Assembly (NCBI RefSeq): GCF_009914755.1
Contig: NC_060926.1
Length of the DNA stretch: 64,000 nucleotides
From: the human T2T-CHM13v2.0 reference genome, Homo sapiens
Direction: 5' to 3' (one strand)
The notes beneath the pieces were generated by a model. The model saw only the letters and a list, made by a program, of their open reading frames with translations, did not search any database and was not told the DNA's origin. Positions 61,005 through 64,000 of this stretch are shown one piece after another (position 1 is the stretch's first letter; every line of letters begins with the position of its first letter). The position numbers and the translations under genes were made by a program.

Positions 61005-61417
61005 TGTACTGAATGCTGTGGGGCTCTGCCTAGACCCCCACTTCAGGAACAAGGCTCACTGCCCCAGCTTCTGGGGGTGTTATCTGCCGATGCACTCAGT
61101 CAAAGGGAACTGCCTCACCCAAAGCTACAGGGCCTCCAGGGAGGCAGCAGGTATGCAATGGGTGATTGATGCAAAGGGACAGAGGCCTGAGCCCTGGGCC
61201 TTAATTTGGAACATCTGTGAAGGGCTTTTCCAGCTCCAGAGCTCCCCACGTGATAGGCTGAGGCCTCTTTCAATTGCACCACTGTTCACCTTCTCTTTCT
61301 GCCATCCTGCTTTGCTCAGACCCTAACAGATATCTTTCCTGAGACCATTCCCTAGTAAATTGCGTGCACACAAATCTCCATCTGAGAGTCTATTTCCTGG
61401 GGAACCCAACCACAACA
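61005..61417 (+). mobile_element. LTR16-type (ERVL) 5' LTR
   Basis: 'tgtactgaatgctgtggggctctgcc...ctgtgaagggcttttccagctccagagctcccc...caaatctccatctgagagtctatttcctggggaacccaaccacaaca'. Confidence 0.75.
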
Positions 61418-61466
61418 GCAGATGTCAGGAGTGGTTCAAGGTGACTGACTCTAAAATAGGATTTAG

Positions 61467-62027
<561 letters not shown>

Positions 62028-63170
62028 TAATTTAAGGCAAAATAAGAAAGCCAGAAGTCCTCCTTGACAAATTGTGAAGACTTTGCTCCCCTGACGTTGG
62101 AAGGCAGAAAGAGCTGAGGCTCAGACCTGGGACTCATTGATAGGAGTTCAGGAGTTCCAGAGAAGGTTGAAATCTCAGCCCTAACTCATCTGATGATATC
62201 TGAGAGGGCCTGACCCACAGATGGCTGTGGAGGTGGGTAACAGTGCTTGGCATCCCCATAGGCAGGATAGGAAGGCAGCTTAAAGAAGTACTGCTCAGTC
62301 TCTACCACCAAAAGATATTGAGGATGGACCATCAGGAGGCTGAGGGTGGCCAACTCAATTAAAAAGCCATGATCTCTTCTGGAGCTGAGCCAGTTTTCAG
62401 ACCTGGAACCCATTTACTAAAAATGATGCCAAGGTCCAAGAATGAAGACCCTGCAATGCCTTGGCAAGTATATATGGTAATGATTACCTCATTTCTTCCC
62501 CCCCAAAGCACTTACACCCATTTGCTTGGGTAACCATACACAGAAATAAGGACTATACCTCATCACTTCAAGGACTGTTGGACACAGGGTCCAAATTGAC
62601 CCAGGGATACCATCCACCACCCCAGCTGCCCACACAGAGATTGTTAGACTGAGTGCCAGGTCATTGATAGAGGCCTGGCCCAGGTCTGTCTCACAGTCCA
62701 TCCACTGGGCCTATGTACCCTCTGGTTAATCCCTGGTCCCTGAAGGTAGAATCGAAATGAACACACTTGGTAGTTGACAGGACCCCCTTATTGATTTCTT
62801 CATCAATGGGGTAAGAGCTACCACAATGAAGAAAGGCAAGTAGAGGCCTCTGAAAATATTCCTTCTACTCAGACCAGACAGTAAATCAAAAACTATGTTG
62901 TATCCTGAGAGAAATGGCAGAGTGCTACCCTTAAAGACCTAAAGAATGCAGGGGTGGTAAGTCTCCTTCACATCCCCACTGAATTCACCAGTCTGACTCC
63001 TGGAGAAAACAGATGGACCCTGAGGATGACATTTGGACTACCAAAAACTCAACCAGGTAGTTGCTCACTTGCAGTTGCTGGGCCTATGTGGCACAGTGGC
63101 CAGGGCACATGAACACGGCCTCAGGTATCTACTGCACAGCTCCTGACTGGTGGGTGTGTTCTTTTCCATC

Positions 63171-63640
63171 TGCATTAATTTTCTACTGCTGCTGTAAAAA
63201 ATTGCCACAAATTTAGTAGCTTGAAATAGCACAAATTTACTATCTGACAGCTCTGTGGGTTAAAAGTCTGACGTGGGTCTCCTTGGGTGAAAATCAAAGG
63301 GTCAGCAGGGTTGCATTCCTTTCCAGAGGCCCTAGAGGAAAATCTACTTTCTTTTTCCAGCTTCTAGAGACCACCCGCATTCTTTGGCTCATAGAAAGCC
63401 AGTAACATTGCATTTCTCTGATCATTCCTCCATAGTCACACCTCCCTCTAACCCCAGCTGGGAAACGTTCTCCAATTTTTAAGGACCTGTGTAAATATAT
63501 AGGGACCACCTAGATAATTCCTCTGTCTCAAGGTCCTTAATCGTATCTGCAAAGTCTCTTGCCATGTAAGGTAACATATTAACAGATCTCTGGGATTAAC
63601 ATGTGGACATATTTGGCGGGGGGTGAATTATTCTGCTACC
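63171..63640 (-). mobile_element. MLT1D-type LTR inserted in the ERVL RT
   Basis: 'tgctgctgtaaaaaattgccacaaatttagtagcttgaaa...tctgcaaagtctcttgccatgtaaggtaacata...attattctgctacc'. The RT reading FFSI|PI is split by it. Confidence 0.85.
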
Positions 63641-64000
63641 CTATCAGGAAGAATAATCAGAAGCAGTCCTATTCATATGGAATCAACAAGTATATATGTT
63701 TGCCATATATTTATGGAGCAACAATATACATTTGCTCGATAGCAATGTTAATTCTCCTGCCCTTTGTCATAATATAGCCTGAAGGGTATCACATTGGTTC
63801 ACTATATCTATGACATCATATCAGTCATATCAGCTTAGCAAGAAGGGAGAAGTACATTGCAGGCCTTGGTAAAACAGGCACTCTAGAGGGTGGGAGATAG
63901 AAAAACCTACAAAGATTTGGAGACTTGCCATGTCAGTGAAGTTTGCAGGGTCTAGTAGTCTGAAACATACTGGAATCTCCCCTCCAAAGTTAAGGACAAA

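Overview
This is primate, most likely human, non-coding DNA (intergenic or deep intron), and more than half of it is transposable-element derived. I see no intact protein-coding exon, RNA gene, CpG island or prokaryotic-type system. The only gene-derived feature is a full-length, disabled RPL7 processed pseudogene (46442-47304) with a 5' TOP, polyA signal, A-rich tail and 14-bp TSD, inserted in an L2 tail. The rest comprises about 14 Alu/FLAM elements, old L1M and younger L1PA/L1PB pieces (almost all on +), MIR/L2, MaLR LTRs (MLT1, THE1, MST), ERV1 solo LTRs, a HERV-K(HML-5) LTR22 solo LTR nested in an AluJ, an ERVL-type 5' LTR with protease/RT remnants at the right end, DNA transposons (MER58A x2, MER1B, MER44, MER81-like, MER20B-like) and several STRs. 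The most notable observations are two very small TSD-flanked retroinsertions (2228-2261, 21386-21434), a 5.8-kb ancient L1 with a perfect 12-bp TSD and internal deletions, a triple TE nest, and repeat-free blocks that look like candidate enhancers (best: 16800-18700). Repeat subfamily names come from my recall of consensus sequences, not from a search. Boundaries without a TSD are approximate. I found no evidence for a new biological system.
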